Shown: positions 27,439 to 37,199 of the stretch, piece after piece | Position numbering within the stretch: the stretch's first letter is position 1 | Layout of the letters: every line of letters begins with the position of its first letter | Virus record (IMG/VR): IMGVR_UViG_2882234885_000004 | DNA from: an uncultured virus (IMG/VR IMGVR_UViG_2882234885_000004) | Lineage: Duplodnaviria > Heunggongvirae > Uroviricota > Caudoviricetes | Strand: one strand, 5' to 3' | DNA: 64,000 bases | Program-made: the position numbers and the translations under genes | The notes under the pieces: model-generated | Database searches by the model: none | Told to the model about the DNA's origin: nothing | The model's input: the letters and a program-made list of their open reading frames with translations, nothing else

Positions 27439-29841
27439 ATGACAGAACAACAAAAGAAAATGATAGGGAAGCTGGGCATTGCACTTGTGATATGCATTAC
27501 GGCGAGCCTGTACATCTGCGGCATTTTTGAGGGAGTCCAATCTTTACAGCCAACGCTGAATCCTGCAACCATGCTGGCGCGATTCGTCACGGACGGGTTC
27601 CCGCTATCCAGCTTCCTGTGGACATTCTTCCTGACTTTCATCATCAGCGTCCTCCTCATGGCCCGGTCTTATTCCAACCTGTCTACTTATGATAAGATGG
27701 GAAGACTCTTCAAAATGACGAAGGGTACGAAGACCTATGGTGAGGCCCATTTTGAGGACCCGGAAGAATATAAGACAGTGGCTGTCGTCCAGAGGGAGGA
27801 AGATTCGGTCGGCACGATTCTGGGGCAGCTTGATGAAAGCGGGAAATACCCAATCGTGTTCCGGGAGGATAAAGAGAACCGTCTGAACCGCCACATTGCC
27901 ATTGTAGGTGCCTCCGGTTCCGGTAAGACCTATACCTTCTCCAAAAACTATGTGTTCCAGGCTGTGAAGCGCCGCGAGTCGGTCATCCTTACGGACCCGG
28001 ATGGCGGCCTGTTTGCAGATATGGCAGGTTATTTCGAGGACCGAGGCTATATCGTCCGACGGTTCGACCTGGCCAATCTGGACAAGAGTGACGGCTGGAA
28101 CTGCATGAAAATCCTCACAAACGACCTGGACCGTATCGAGGAAAACGCGGAGATATTCTCTGAAATCATCATCTCCAATATCTCCGGCCCAGCCTCCAAG
28201 AGTATGCCGATTTTCAAAGACGGCCCGAAGTCTTTGCTTAAGGCCCTGCTTCTCCGTGTGGCGCTCGGCCATGACTTCAAGCCGGAAGAAAAGAACATCG
28301 GGTCAGTTTACCAACTGCTCCAAAATCCGCTGGGCGAGGAATTTCTGGACTCGATGTTTGACGCGGATACCTTGACACCAGAAGAGAAGCCTTGCCTGGG
28401 TCCCTACCTGTCGTTTAAGCAGGCGTCTCCCAATCTCCGGGGAAATCTGATGGTGAACCTGGCGGCCAACTTGAATGTGCTGCAGACAAAAAAGGTTCGG
28501 ACTGTCCTATCCACAGACTGCATCGACTTATCTCTTCCAGGCAAGCAGCCCTGCGCTTATTTCTGCATTTTCCCGGACAGCCATTCAACTTATAAGTTCA
28601 TCGTGTCCCTGTTTTTCTCCATGTTATTTGTGACGCTCACAAATGACGCTGACTCCCGCCGTTCTAGGAAGTTGGACACTCCGGTAGACTTCCTGCTGGA
28701 CGAGTTCCCATCCATCGGCGTGATACCTGACTTTGCCAGAAAGATGGCCACTATCCGAAAGCGTATGATGAATGTCTGCATGATTTTCCAGGATATCACA
28801 CAACTTCGTCAGAACTATTTGGACTCTTGGACGACTGTTTTAGGCAACTGCGCTACCTTTATTGACCTGGGCATCAATGACGCGGATAGTGCCGACCTGG
28901 TTACAAAGCGAATCGGTGATACAACGGTGCAAGTCGAAACAGTGAAGCATAATCCGATGGAGATAATTTTCAATAACCAGAATATTTTCCATCAGCGAAA
29001 TACTGGTGAAGGTAAGCGGGCGCTGGTCAGCTTTTCTGAATTGTTCAGCGGTATGAAGGAAAATGACAGCATTATCATGTTCCAGTACCATAACCCTATC
29101 CTGGCAAAAAAGTATCCCTATGTCCTGCATTCCGAGGCCAAATATCTTCGGCCTATCTACCCTGATGAAATTCCTTCGATAGACGACGAGGCGGGGAGAG
29201 CAGCCTACTATGCGGAGCAGGAGCGCATCTATAAAGACTTCATGGAAAAACACCCGCATATCAACGAAATCGACCGCACCTATCAAGGGCGCTGCGAGTC
29301 TGTTGCAGTTAAGAGTGTGTGGGAAGAAGGCTCTGATGCTATAAAAGCCTTTGCGAAAGAAGTCAAAAATAAGCCTAAGAAAGATTCTCCTGGCCAGGAT
29401 GTTGCTGAAGTCTCCTGCCAAGAAGACAGCGACACTTCCTTCGAGACAGTAGAGGCTGTTGAGGCTACCCCAGTCATCGTTCAGGCCCAGATTGAGCAGG
29501 AGACTGAATCTTCTGATGGGCCGGATGAGGAGCTTTTCCCGGATGATGATAGCGACACCGGGAGACAAGAAACTGCCAAACCAGACAGTGCGGTGCCGGG
29601 CGAAGATGGTGTCCCACAGGCCGTCAGAGAGGCCCAGGAGCGTGCCACAGCCAAGGCAATGGCAGATGCCGCGCACAAGAAAAAACACGGTGGTGATGGC
29701 GTAAAATCGCCAGAAGAAGAGGCGTTTGAATCAGAGGTTGGTCTCCACTTCAATCCCACGACGATACCATCCAAACGCGGTGAAACGAAACCGTTTACCT
29801 CCTGTGCATCTGCTCCACCGCAAAAGAGAAAAAAGCCATAA
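27439..29841 (+). CDS. virD4: Type IV coupling protein VirD4/TraG
   Basis: Two N-terminal TM helices, TYGEAHF, Walker A GASGSGKT, TDPDG, Walker B LLDEFPSIG. Confidence 0.92.
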   Translation: MTEQQKKMIGKLGIALVICITASLYICGIFEGVQSLQPTLNPATMLARFVTDGFPLSSFLWTFFLTFIISVLLMARSYSNLSTYDKMGRLFKMTKGTKTYGEAHFEDPEEYKTVAVVQREEDSVGTILGQLDESGKYPIVFREDKENRLNRHIAIVGASGSGKTYTFSKNYVFQAVKRRESVILTDPDGGLFADMAGYFEDRGYIVRRFDLANLDKSDGWNCMKILTNDLDRIEENAEIFSEIIISNISGPASKSMPIFKDGPKSLLKALLLRVALGHDFKPEEKNIGSVYQLLQNPLGEEFLDSMFDADTLTPEEKPCLGPYLSFKQASPNLRGNLMVNLAANLNVLQTKKVRTVLSTDCIDLSLPGKQPCAYFCIFPDSHSTYKFIVSLFFSMLFVTLTNDADSRRSRKLDTPVDFLLDEFPSIGVIPDFARKMATIRKRMMNVCMIFQDITQLRQNYLDSWTTVLGNCATFIDLGINDADSADLVTKRIGDTTVQVETVKHNPMEIIFNNQNIFHQRNTGEGKRALVSFSELFSGMKENDSIIMFQYHNPILAKKYPYVLHSEAKYLRPIYPDEIPSIDDEAGRAAYYAEQERIYKDFMEKHPHINEIDRTYQGRCESVAVKSVWEEGSDAIKAFAKEVKNKPKKDSPGQDVAEVSCQEDSDTSFETVEAVEATPVIVQAQIEQETESSDGPDEELFPDDDSDTGRQETAKPDSAVPGEDGVPQAVREAQERATAKAMADAAHKKKHGGDGVKSPEEEAFESEVGLHFNPTTIPSKRGETKPFTSCASAPPQKRKKP

Positions 29842-29883
29842 TACAGCGGGCGGCTCGAATTATTCGCGCCGCCCGCTTTTATA

Positions 29884-29912
29884 TTGACTAATATAATATT
29901 ATGTGGTATAAT
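29884..29912 (+). promoter_or_regulatory. Promoter (repeated family), preceded by terminator 29846-29880
   Basis: TTGACT-17-TATAAT. Confidence 0.75.
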
Positions 29913-29941
29913 ATTGTTAGATTGAAAGAGGGGAGGACTCT

Positions 29942-30520
29942 ATGACTGAATTGAACAAGAAGAAAAAAGATACTGGAGTGCGTTTGAACGGTGTTCACAT
30001 CGACGAGTCCTGGCCTAAGTGGAAGCAGTTTTACACTGCCTATTACCCGCTGCTGCGTGATATGTGCGCAGTTTTGCTGATATGTTTCGTCCTATTCGGG
30101 ATGATTTTTAATATCCATACAGTAAGTGGTTCCTCGATGGAGCCGACTTTTGATAGCGGAACTATTATCATCGGGAACCATATTGCGCCAGACCTGGAAC
30201 GAGGTAACATTGTCGTTTGCAAACCTTCGAATCACGATAAAATCATCATCAAGCGTATTATCGGTGTCCCCGGTGATGTCATTGATATCGACTATGAAAA
30301 TGGCATCGTATATCGTAACGGAGTCGCACTGGAAGAGGACTATGTGAAGGCTCCTACACGAGCTGACCTGGGTCTGGAACTTCCAATTACCGTCGAGGAC
30401 GACTGTTATTTTGTCATGGGAGATAACCGCAACAACAGCCTGGACAGCCGCTATCCGCAGATTGGCCTCATCCATAGGGATGAAATCATCAGCACCTATC
30501 TATTTACTGTATTTGGTTAA
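29942..30520 (+). CDS. lepB: Signal peptidase I
   Basis: GSSMEPTF, IIKRIIGVPGD, GDNRNNSLDSR. Confidence 0.93.
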   Translation: MTELNKKKKDTGVRLNGVHIDESWPKWKQFYTAYYPLLRDMCAVLLICFVLFGMIFNIHTVSGSSMEPTFDSGTIIIGNHIAPDLERGNIVVCKPSNHDKIIIKRIIGVPGDVIDIDYENGIVYRNGVALEEDYVKAPTRADLGLELPITVEDDCYFVMGDNRNNSLDSRYPQIGLIHRDEIISTYLFTVFG

Positions 30521-30714
30521 TTTTCAGCAGGAATTTTCTTTTTGCCAGCCGAGAAATCGGCTGGCTTTTTTTCATGCTCATTTTGCCGCAGTACATTTCT
30601 TGAAAACAAATTATTAAATTTTTTCTGAAAACTGAAGTTTAGAGACCTTAAAACTATGCTCCAGCCCGCTTAGGAACAGGCATCCAGAGAAAAAAGGATG
30701 GTCCGCCTCTAAAA

Positions 30715-30743
30715 TTGACCAAAATAATGTAAAATGGTACAAT
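30715..30743 (+). promoter_or_regulatory. Promoter (repeated family)
   Basis: TTGACC-17-TACAAT with TGG extension. Confidence 0.7.
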
Positions 30744-30790
30744 ATTGTACCGGGATATATAGCCCGGAAAATAAAAAGGAGGTCAAGAAC

Positions 30791-32164
30791 ATGGCTGATT
30801 CTATGGAAGTCCATGCAGAGGAAGTCGGGCAGCCTGCCGATGAACTGGTCGTACAAGACCCTGATTTCAATGGTGAGAACGAGGAAATCAATGCTGCCGA
30901 TGCGGAAAACGAAGCAGCCTCTGCTGGCTCTGCTCCGTCTGGTGACGGCCAGGATAGTCCCCAGGAAGCCCAGCCTGAAGAGAAGCCGAAGCGCCGCCGG
31001 GCAAAGCAGACTACAGCAAAGGATGCTTCTGACGGCGAAGGAGAATCTGAGCCTGCAGAAGCCGGGCCTACGCGCCGTAGGACGAAGATGGAGGCTGCTG
31101 GCGATTCCGGTATGAGCCGTGCAGAAGTTCTCAGAGATGCCCGGCAGCGTGAAGCGGAGCGGCTGATTGCCCGTCAGGAGCGTGAGCGTTTCCTGGCAGG
31201 CTGGTCGGCTCTGAAGACCGCTATGCGCCGCCACAGCATTGTCAACGGCGTTGTGTCCAGCGTCGAAATCAGGCACGTTGGAGGTCCTGATGAAGTGACT
31301 GAAGACCTTGTTCTGCTGGCTGTCATGCTGGACGGAGGGTACAAGGTCCTGGTGCCTTTGGAGGAGTTTTATCAGGAGAATCCGGTCGACATGCGTACAG
31401 CGACTGACCTGGATACCGCCGAAGGTCAGAGAGAGCTTACACGCCGTAAGAGAGCCCTGGCAGAAAAGCTCTATGAGCTTCAGATTCCTCTCATCATCAC
31501 CGATATGGAGATGAACGACCGGGACGAGACCGGGGCCTATGATTATGCCATCGTTGGTTCCCGGCGCAAGGCGCTTGACATCATTGAGATGCAGAACTTT
31601 GGCGCTGGCCGTGGCGGGAATCAGGCAATCAATGAGGGTGACATGGTGCCCGCCACCATTACCTCTGTGTCAATTCATGGCGTTGCGGTCGTGGTAGGCG
31701 GCGTGGATACTCGTATTCCCATGCGCCTTCTGACATTCCGGTATCTGTTGGATGCCCGGACTGCATACCACGTTGGGCAGGAACTTTTGGTCTACGTGAA
31801 CAAGATTGAGACCCTTCCGAATGGGCGGCACGAGATTGAGGTCAGTGCGAAGCAAGCTGAGCTCCAATCTGCCCGGATGCGGCAGAAGCTGCTCCCTGTC
31901 GGAACCTCAACTTTGGGCGTTATTACGTCAGTTCGTCCTGCGCCCTCGCGTCCTGATATCCCCGCCGGAACGCTGAATATCACAGCGTATTTGAAGATGT
32001 ATGACATGCCTGCGATTGTCCGTGGCCTTCCGGTGGCATACCTTGGGCGGCCGCCTATCGCTGGTGATGAGGTGCGTCTGGTCGTCCTCGGCTTCACGCC
32101 TGCGGGGTTTGTTGTGGCTGACTGCCGCAGCTTTAATGGCGCACCCGGGTTGCTGAATCACTAA
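30791..32164 (+). CDS. S1/OB-fold nucleic-acid-binding protein with an acidic disordered N-terminus
   Basis: EGDMVPATITSVSIHGVAVVVGGVDTRIP..YHVGQELLVYV..IEVSAKQ; GSRRKA; AAGGAGG RBS. Confidence 0.7.
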   Translation: MADSMEVHAEEVGQPADELVVQDPDFNGENEEINAADAENEAASAGSAPSGDGQDSPQEAQPEEKPKRRRAKQTTAKDASDGEGESEPAEAGPTRRRTKMEAAGDSGMSRAEVLRDARQREAERLIARQERERFLAGWSALKTAMRRHSIVNGVVSSVEIRHVGGPDEVTEDLVLLAVMLDGGYKVLVPLEEFYQENPVDMRTATDLDTAEGQRELTRRKRALAEKLYELQIPLIITDMEMNDRDETGAYDYAIVGSRRKALDIIEMQNFGAGRGGNQAINEGDMVPATITSVSIHGVAVVVGGVDTRIPMRLLTFRYLLDARTAYHVGQELLVYVNKIETLPNGRHEIEVSAKQAELQSARMRQKLLPVGTSTLGVITSVRPAPSRPDIPAGTLNITAYLKMYDMPAIVRGLPVAYLGRPPIAGDEVRLVVLGFTPAGFVVADCRSFNGAPGLLNH

Positions 32165-32193
32165 TAGCAACCCCCAGAGGCTGGTGATTTCAC

Positions 32194-33033
32194 ATGGCAA
32201 AAGTTGATATGGAGCGGGTAAATGAGTACCTGATTCCGATGAACTTTATCGATGAGTCCAGGTTCCTGAACGGTATTTTTAAAACGAGAAACTTCGTAGA
32301 GGGGTCCATCATGGGCGGCACTGTCGGCATCATTTTTTGGGCTCTGATATCCGCCCCCTTTGAAGCGAAGCTCTCTCTTATTATCGGCATTGCATTCCCG
32401 TTCTTTATGCTTGGACTCAGTGGTATCAACGGCGACGCTTTCTCCACTTTCGTTTTTAATGCGTTGACTTGGGTGAGGACTCGCGGCACCATGCTCTACA
32501 ACAATGAGACGCGGGCCCTTGCCCAAGCTCCTCTGGCCACGATGATGGAAGAAGAGGGGATGAACGACAAAATCCTCGATATTCTGGATTCGTTTAAGGA
32601 GCGCTCGCAGAAAAAACGTGCGAATACTCCCTTGGTGGAAGGTCGAGATTTTGTATTCGCAGAAGATACAGCGTTAGCCGGGAATTACTTGGATGAAATC
32701 GATGACGAGGATGCAGCACCCAAAGGTAAGCGGCGGAAGACTTCCTCTAAAGATGTCGATACTGAGCCAGAGTCCAAAACAAGCAGTACCCCTATTTTTG
32801 CTGTTGAGGTGCAAGAGGTCGACGTATCCGTAGAACCCGTTCGCATTACATCTAACGTCGACAAAACAGGCGATGATTCCCTTGAATTATTCAGCGCTGA
32901 GCCGCCAGAGCCGCCTGTGGAAGAACAGGAGGGACCGGCTCCCCCAGAGCTAGATAAGAGCGATGGGGAAAAAGAGCCTACAATTCCCGATGATACGGAT
33001 GAATCTGGCGACGAGGAGGATGAACTGTTTTGA
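32194..33033 (+). CDS. PrgI/VirB3-like membrane protein with an acidic tail
   Basis: YLIPMNF, RNFVEG, two TM helices; overlaps the VirB4 start. Confidence 0.65.
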   Translation: MAKVDMERVNEYLIPMNFIDESRFLNGIFKTRNFVEGSIMGGTVGIIFWALISAPFEAKLSLIIGIAFPFFMLGLSGINGDAFSTFVFNALTWVRTRGTMLYNNETRALAQAPLATMMEEEGMNDKILDILDSFKERSQKKRANTPLVEGRDFVFAEDTALAGNYLDEIDDEDAAPKGKRRKTSSKDVDTEPESKTSSTPIFAVEVQEVDVSVEPVRITSNVDKTGDDSLELFSAEPPEPPVEEQEGPAPPELDKSDGEKEPTIPDDTDESGDEEDELF

Positions 33034-35522
33034 AGCAGAAAAAATTAAAGAAAATTATAAGCTGTCAATCCTTCTCACCGATTAAGGATATCCGTGATGG
33101 CATCATTGTAACAAAGAAAGGGAATTTTGTGAAGCTGATGGAATTTGCTCCAATCAACTTCTCTCTGCGCTCCGCTTCAGAGCGAAACCTCATCATTTCA
33201 CAGTATCAAGCGGCCATTCGCACTTTCCCTCGGACGGTACAGTTCAAAGTCGTTTCCAGACGGGCTGACGTTGGCAGGTATCTGACTGGAATTATGTCCG
33301 ACATGGAAAAGGAGACGAATCCTGGGGCGAAGGAACTGATGGTCGAGCAGATGAAAATGATTGGCGATATAGGCGCTCATCAGGGTGTAACGCGCCGTTT
33401 TTTCCTTGCTTTCCCCTACGAGAATGAAGGGGGCCTAACCAGGTCTCCCTCATTCCGTGAAATCCGTTCTACGATAGACCGGCAAGCGGAAGGCATCCGT
33501 CAGACGATGGCGCTTTGCGGCAATGAGATGATTTCCAAGGAGAATGATGACCAGTATATCTTGGAAGCCCTTTATAGCATCATGTCCCGTGCGCAAAGTG
33601 AGGAACGCCCATTTGAGCAGCGGCAAGCAGATGTAGTGGCGAGGTATGCTGGTGCCGACAACATCGACTTTCTGGCCCACCCCAACATCCAGTTGCCGGT
33701 CAATGATTTCATTGCGCCGGAGTACATCGACACCGAGGCAAGCCCCAAATACATCGTGATTGATGGTACGTATTATCTGTTCTGCTACCTGCCCAGCGAC
33801 GCATATCCGGTTAGAGCGATTGCCGGTTGGATGCAGCTTTTCGTTGGTATGGGGGAGGGCATTGATGTTGATTTATGGCTCCATAAGGAGGACCCGGGAC
33901 GTACACAGACGAAGCTGCAGTACAAGCTCCGCTGGAACAAAATCAAAATGAAACAGACTGACGATACGAGCCAGGACTTCGACGATTTACAATCCGCGAT
34001 TGATTCCGGCTTCTATCTGAAGCAGGGTCTTTCCTCTGGCGATGAGTTCGCTTATATGGCGACCATGCTGACGATTACCGGCAAAAGCGTCAAGGAAATT
34101 GAGTACAAGTTTTCAGAAGTGAAGAGAATTTGCGCCCAATCTGATATGAAAATCAAACAGTGCCTTTTCCAGCAAGAAGCTGCGTTCCAATCCTCTATCC
34201 CTATCTGTGAATACAACGCCAACATCTTTCGAAAGAGTCGCCGTAACATCCTGACTTCTGATTTCGGAAGCACCTATCTATTCGTTTCCTCTGAGCTGAA
34301 TGACGAGGGCGGTATCCTGATGGGCGTTGATAGCCAGTATAAATCTCAGGTCTTTGTCAACGTCTTTGACAGCAGGAAGTACCCAAACGCGAATGTTGCA
34401 ATTTTGGGTTCCTCAGGTGCAGGAAAGACCTACACACTGGAAACTATGGCCCTTCGGATGAGGCAAAATCAGACGCAGGTATTCATCATTGCTCCGTTAA
34501 AAGGCTGGGAATTTGAACGGGCCTGCAACCAGGTCGGAGGCAGCTATGTGAAGATTGCCCCAGGGTCCGGCCAGAACATCAACATCATGGAAATCCGCAG
34601 ACGGGATACTTCAGCAAACCGGAAAATTGATGGAAGTACAGGTGGTTCTGGCTCCATTCTGATGGCAAAAATTCAGCAACTGCACATCTTTTTTTCCTTG
34701 CTCGTTCAGGATATTACGGTTGAAGAGCGGCAGTATCTGGACGAAGCGCTGATGAAAACCTATGCTAGATTTGGAATTACGAATAAGAACAAGAGCCTGT
34801 TTGACCCCGCTGACCACACGAAGTACCGGAAGATGCCGATACTATCTGACCTGCATGAAGAACTAAAAAAATGCGGGCCTGGGGCGAAGCGGCTGTACCA
34901 AATCCTCACTAGATATGTGAGCGGTTCCGCTTCATCGTTTAACTCCCAAACCAATGTGGACCTGACGGAAAAATACATTGTGTTGGATGTTTCCACCCTT
35001 TCCAGGGAGATGCTTCCTCTCGGAATGTTCATTGCTCTGGACTATGTGTGGGATAAAATCCAAGAGGATATCACCGCCAGGAAGACCGTTTTTATTGACG
35101 AGGCTTGGCGTCTGATTGGCCCCGGCGCTTCGAAACAGGCGGCCGACTTCGTGGTTGAGATATTCAAAACCATAAGAGGCATGGGTGGCAGTGCCGTTGC
35201 CGCAACGCAGGATTTGAACGACTTTTTTGCACTAGATAACGGCAGTTATGGTACTGCTATTATCAGTAACTCCAAAATCAAATTACTTATGAAATGTGAG
35301 CCCAAGGAGGCCGCTGCGATAGCCGAATCCATGGAACTCACAAAGGCAGAAGTCGACAAGATTCAGACGATGAAGCGAGGGACCTGCCTCCTAGTCGCCA
35401 ACCAAAACCACATCTTTATTGATGTGAAAGCTACTCCCATGGAGCATGACCTCATTACGACAGACCGCGAGGATTTGCAGCGGATTGCGCGGAAAAACGC
35501 TGAGGCCAGGGTATTCCAGTGA
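33030..35522 (+). CDS. virB4: VirB4-family conjugative ATPase
   Basis: PINFSL, Walker A GSSGAGKT, FIDEAW, ATQD. Confidence 0.93.
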   Translation: MKQKKLKKIISCQSFSPIKDIRDGIIVTKKGNFVKLMEFAPINFSLRSASERNLIISQYQAAIRTFPRTVQFKVVSRRADVGRYLTGIMSDMEKETNPGAKELMVEQMKMIGDIGAHQGVTRRFFLAFPYENEGGLTRSPSFREIRSTIDRQAEGIRQTMALCGNEMISKENDDQYILEALYSIMSRAQSEERPFEQRQADVVARYAGADNIDFLAHPNIQLPVNDFIAPEYIDTEASPKYIVIDGTYYLFCYLPSDAYPVRAIAGWMQLFVGMGEGIDVDLWLHKEDPGRTQTKLQYKLRWNKIKMKQTDDTSQDFDDLQSAIDSGFYLKQGLSSGDEFAYMATMLTITGKSVKEIEYKFSEVKRICAQSDMKIKQCLFQQEAAFQSSIPICEYNANIFRKSRRNILTSDFGSTYLFVSSELNDEGGILMGVDSQYKSQVFVNVFDSRKYPNANVAILGSSGAGKTYTLETMALRMRQNQTQVFIIAPLKGWEFERACNQVGGSYVKIAPGSGQNINIMEIRRRDTSANRKIDGSTGGSGSILMAKIQQLHIFFSLLVQDITVEERQYLDEALMKTYARFGITNKNKSLFDPADHTKYRKMPILSDLHEELKKCGPGAKRLYQILTRYVSGSASSFNSQTNVDLTEKYIVLDVSTLSREMLPLGMFIALDYVWDKIQEDITARKTVFIDEAWRLIGPGASKQAADFVVEIFKTIRGMGGSAVAATQDLNDFFALDNGSYGTAIISNSKIKLLMKCEPKEAAAIAESMELTKAEVDKIQTMKRGTCLLVANQNHIFIDVKATPMEHDLITTDREDLQRIARKNAEARVFQ

Positions 35523-35526
35523 TGCT

Positions 35527-35578
35527 GAAATGGCTGTTGCCGCTCTGCTGTGGTGGCACCGGCAACAGCCGTTTCTTT
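35527..35578 (+). terminator. Terminator-like hairpin after virB4
   Basis: GAAATGGCTGTTGCCG/CGGCAACAGCCGTTTC plus TTT. Confidence 0.65.
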
Positions 35579-35628
35579 AAAAAAATTCATTTTTATTTCT
35601 AATACCCATCTTAAAGGAGCTGATTCGC

Positions 35629-36192
35629 GTGATTTATGAGGCAACCGTAGACAACCTTCAAGCGCTGATGCGTGCCTGTATCGTTCTTGATAGGACTCAG
35701 ATTTACAGATTCTTTTCAGCGCATCATGACCAAAGTAGGATTGACTTTTTCATTGACTTTTTGATTAAGGAGCGCGTGCTGGATGCCGACGAAACGAAGA
35801 AGAATCGTGTCTGGCTCCGGCGGCAGGCACGCCCTATCTCGCGGCCAAAAGAGGCCGTCATAGCGTCCCGGATTAAGGCGTTCTGGGTGATTGCCAGCTT
35901 TGGGTGTGACAACATTGCCGACGTCGCTCTCCTGGAGTATCCGGCCCAATTCATGTTCGTTACAACGAATAATGAAATCTACGACCTGACGGTCTGTGAT
36001 ACGCCGCAGGTTGCCGCAGTAGCGGCACATAAGAGAGCACTGTATGCACTACACGATACAAAGTATGACGATGATGTGAACCATATCGCCATTGTAAGTG
36101 ATGAAAAAACGGGCCTTGCTATCGGCGGTTATGGGTTCGATAGTTTCTGTATTTTGGATGCGAACAAGATTCCGAGGTATCAGCAATGGTAA
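35629..36192 (+). CDS. Hypothetical protein (possibly DUF5697-like, winged-helix N-terminus)
   Basis: AAAGGAG RBS; the family call is a weak recollection. Confidence 0.55.
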   Translation: MIYEATVDNLQALMRACIVLDRTQIYRFFSAHHDQSRIDFFIDFLIKERVLDADETKKNRVWLRRQARPISRPKEAVIASRIKAFWVIASFGCDNIADVALLEYPAQFMFVTTNNEIYDLTVCDTPQVAAVAAHKRALYALHDTKYDDDVNHIAIVSDEKTGLAIGGYGFDSFCILDANKIPRYQQW

Positions 36193-36980
36193 ATGAGAAT
36201 CTCCCACGTTCGCAAGCTACCAGGTGCGCTCTCCAAGCGTCTGAGTTGGAGGAGCAGGCCAGCACAATGATGCGTGAATCGGCGGCGATATATAAATTGG
36301 CAAAGCGCGGCTCGGAGGCGTGCGCAAAGCTAAAAGAAGTCCTTTCAGACCCTCTATGCGGACCAGAAGTTATCCAGCAGGCCATGGATAATTTCAATCA
36401 ATTCTATGCCTCAGCGTTAAGCCGGACACATGCCCTCTATGAGGCCGTTACAAAGCCGAATATAGCCTGCGGTTTGTGCAATCCGAGGGATGTCCAACGG
36501 GAAAATTACGATGCGTTTGCGGGGGAGATAGAGGGGGTTTTTTCTTTCGTCGAAGACGGAAAATTGTTTATAAAACTGCCCCTTCTTCCTGCAAAAGTCA
36601 ACCACGGTGTTCGTGGCAAACAGCAGGGAAACACTGAGAAGTACTACTACTTTTTTAACCGTTCCCTGGACGAAAGCCTTAACAAAATCGAAGCGCAAGT
36701 CCCTCATTTTGAACAGCAGAATATAGCGTACTTTTCAGTTTTTTCTGTCTCATCGAAGACAATTCCTGATGCAGAAAATATAGACACGAAAAGCGTGACG
36801 GACATCATCTGTCTGCATACCATGTGTGATGATTCGTTTGAAAAGACCAGCTTTTTCTATGCCGGATTTTGCGATGATTCAGTCCCTCCAGGAACTTATA
36901 TTTGCGTGTCCAATCGGAGATTTCAGGTCCCTAATATTTCCCATATTTTAGGAAAATTTCGAGGCAGGAAAACATATTAA
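36186..36980 (+). CDS. Hypothetical protein with a RusA-like acidic motif (DUF6100-like)
   Basis: DAENIDTKSVTDII....DDS resembles RusA DxDNxxKxxxD..DD. Confidence 0.5.
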   Translation: MVNENLPRSQATRCALQASELEEQASTMMRESAAIYKLAKRGSEACAKLKEVLSDPLCGPEVIQQAMDNFNQFYASALSRTHALYEAVTKPNIACGLCNPRDVQRENYDAFAGEIEGVFSFVEDGKLFIKLPLLPAKVNHGVRGKQQGNTEKYYYFFNRSLDESLNKIEAQVPHFEQQNIAYFSVFSVSSKTIPDAENIDTKSVTDIICLHTMCDDSFEKTSFFYAGFCDDSVPPGTYICVSNRRFQVPNISHILGKFRGRKTY

Positions 36981-37199
36981 AAAAACGTCAATTATTCTCG
37001 CACCAGTTTTTATAGGTTTTCTGGTTGCCTATTCTGTTGTGGCACAACGGGTTCCGGCCTGGCTGTACGCCCCAAAAACGGCGGGCTGGAGCTTCTTCGC
37101 CGCAACTGACACTAAACAAGGACTATTCAACTGAATCTTTCAGGGCACATTATGATAAAAAATGAGCTATGAAAAGATTATGAAGAGAGGTGTTATTTC

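Noticed and set aside
28840..29688. Long antisense ORFs (also 6790-7596, 55799-56677, 62551-63357)
   Set aside because: Shadows of well-supported plus-strand genes, without RBS or motifs
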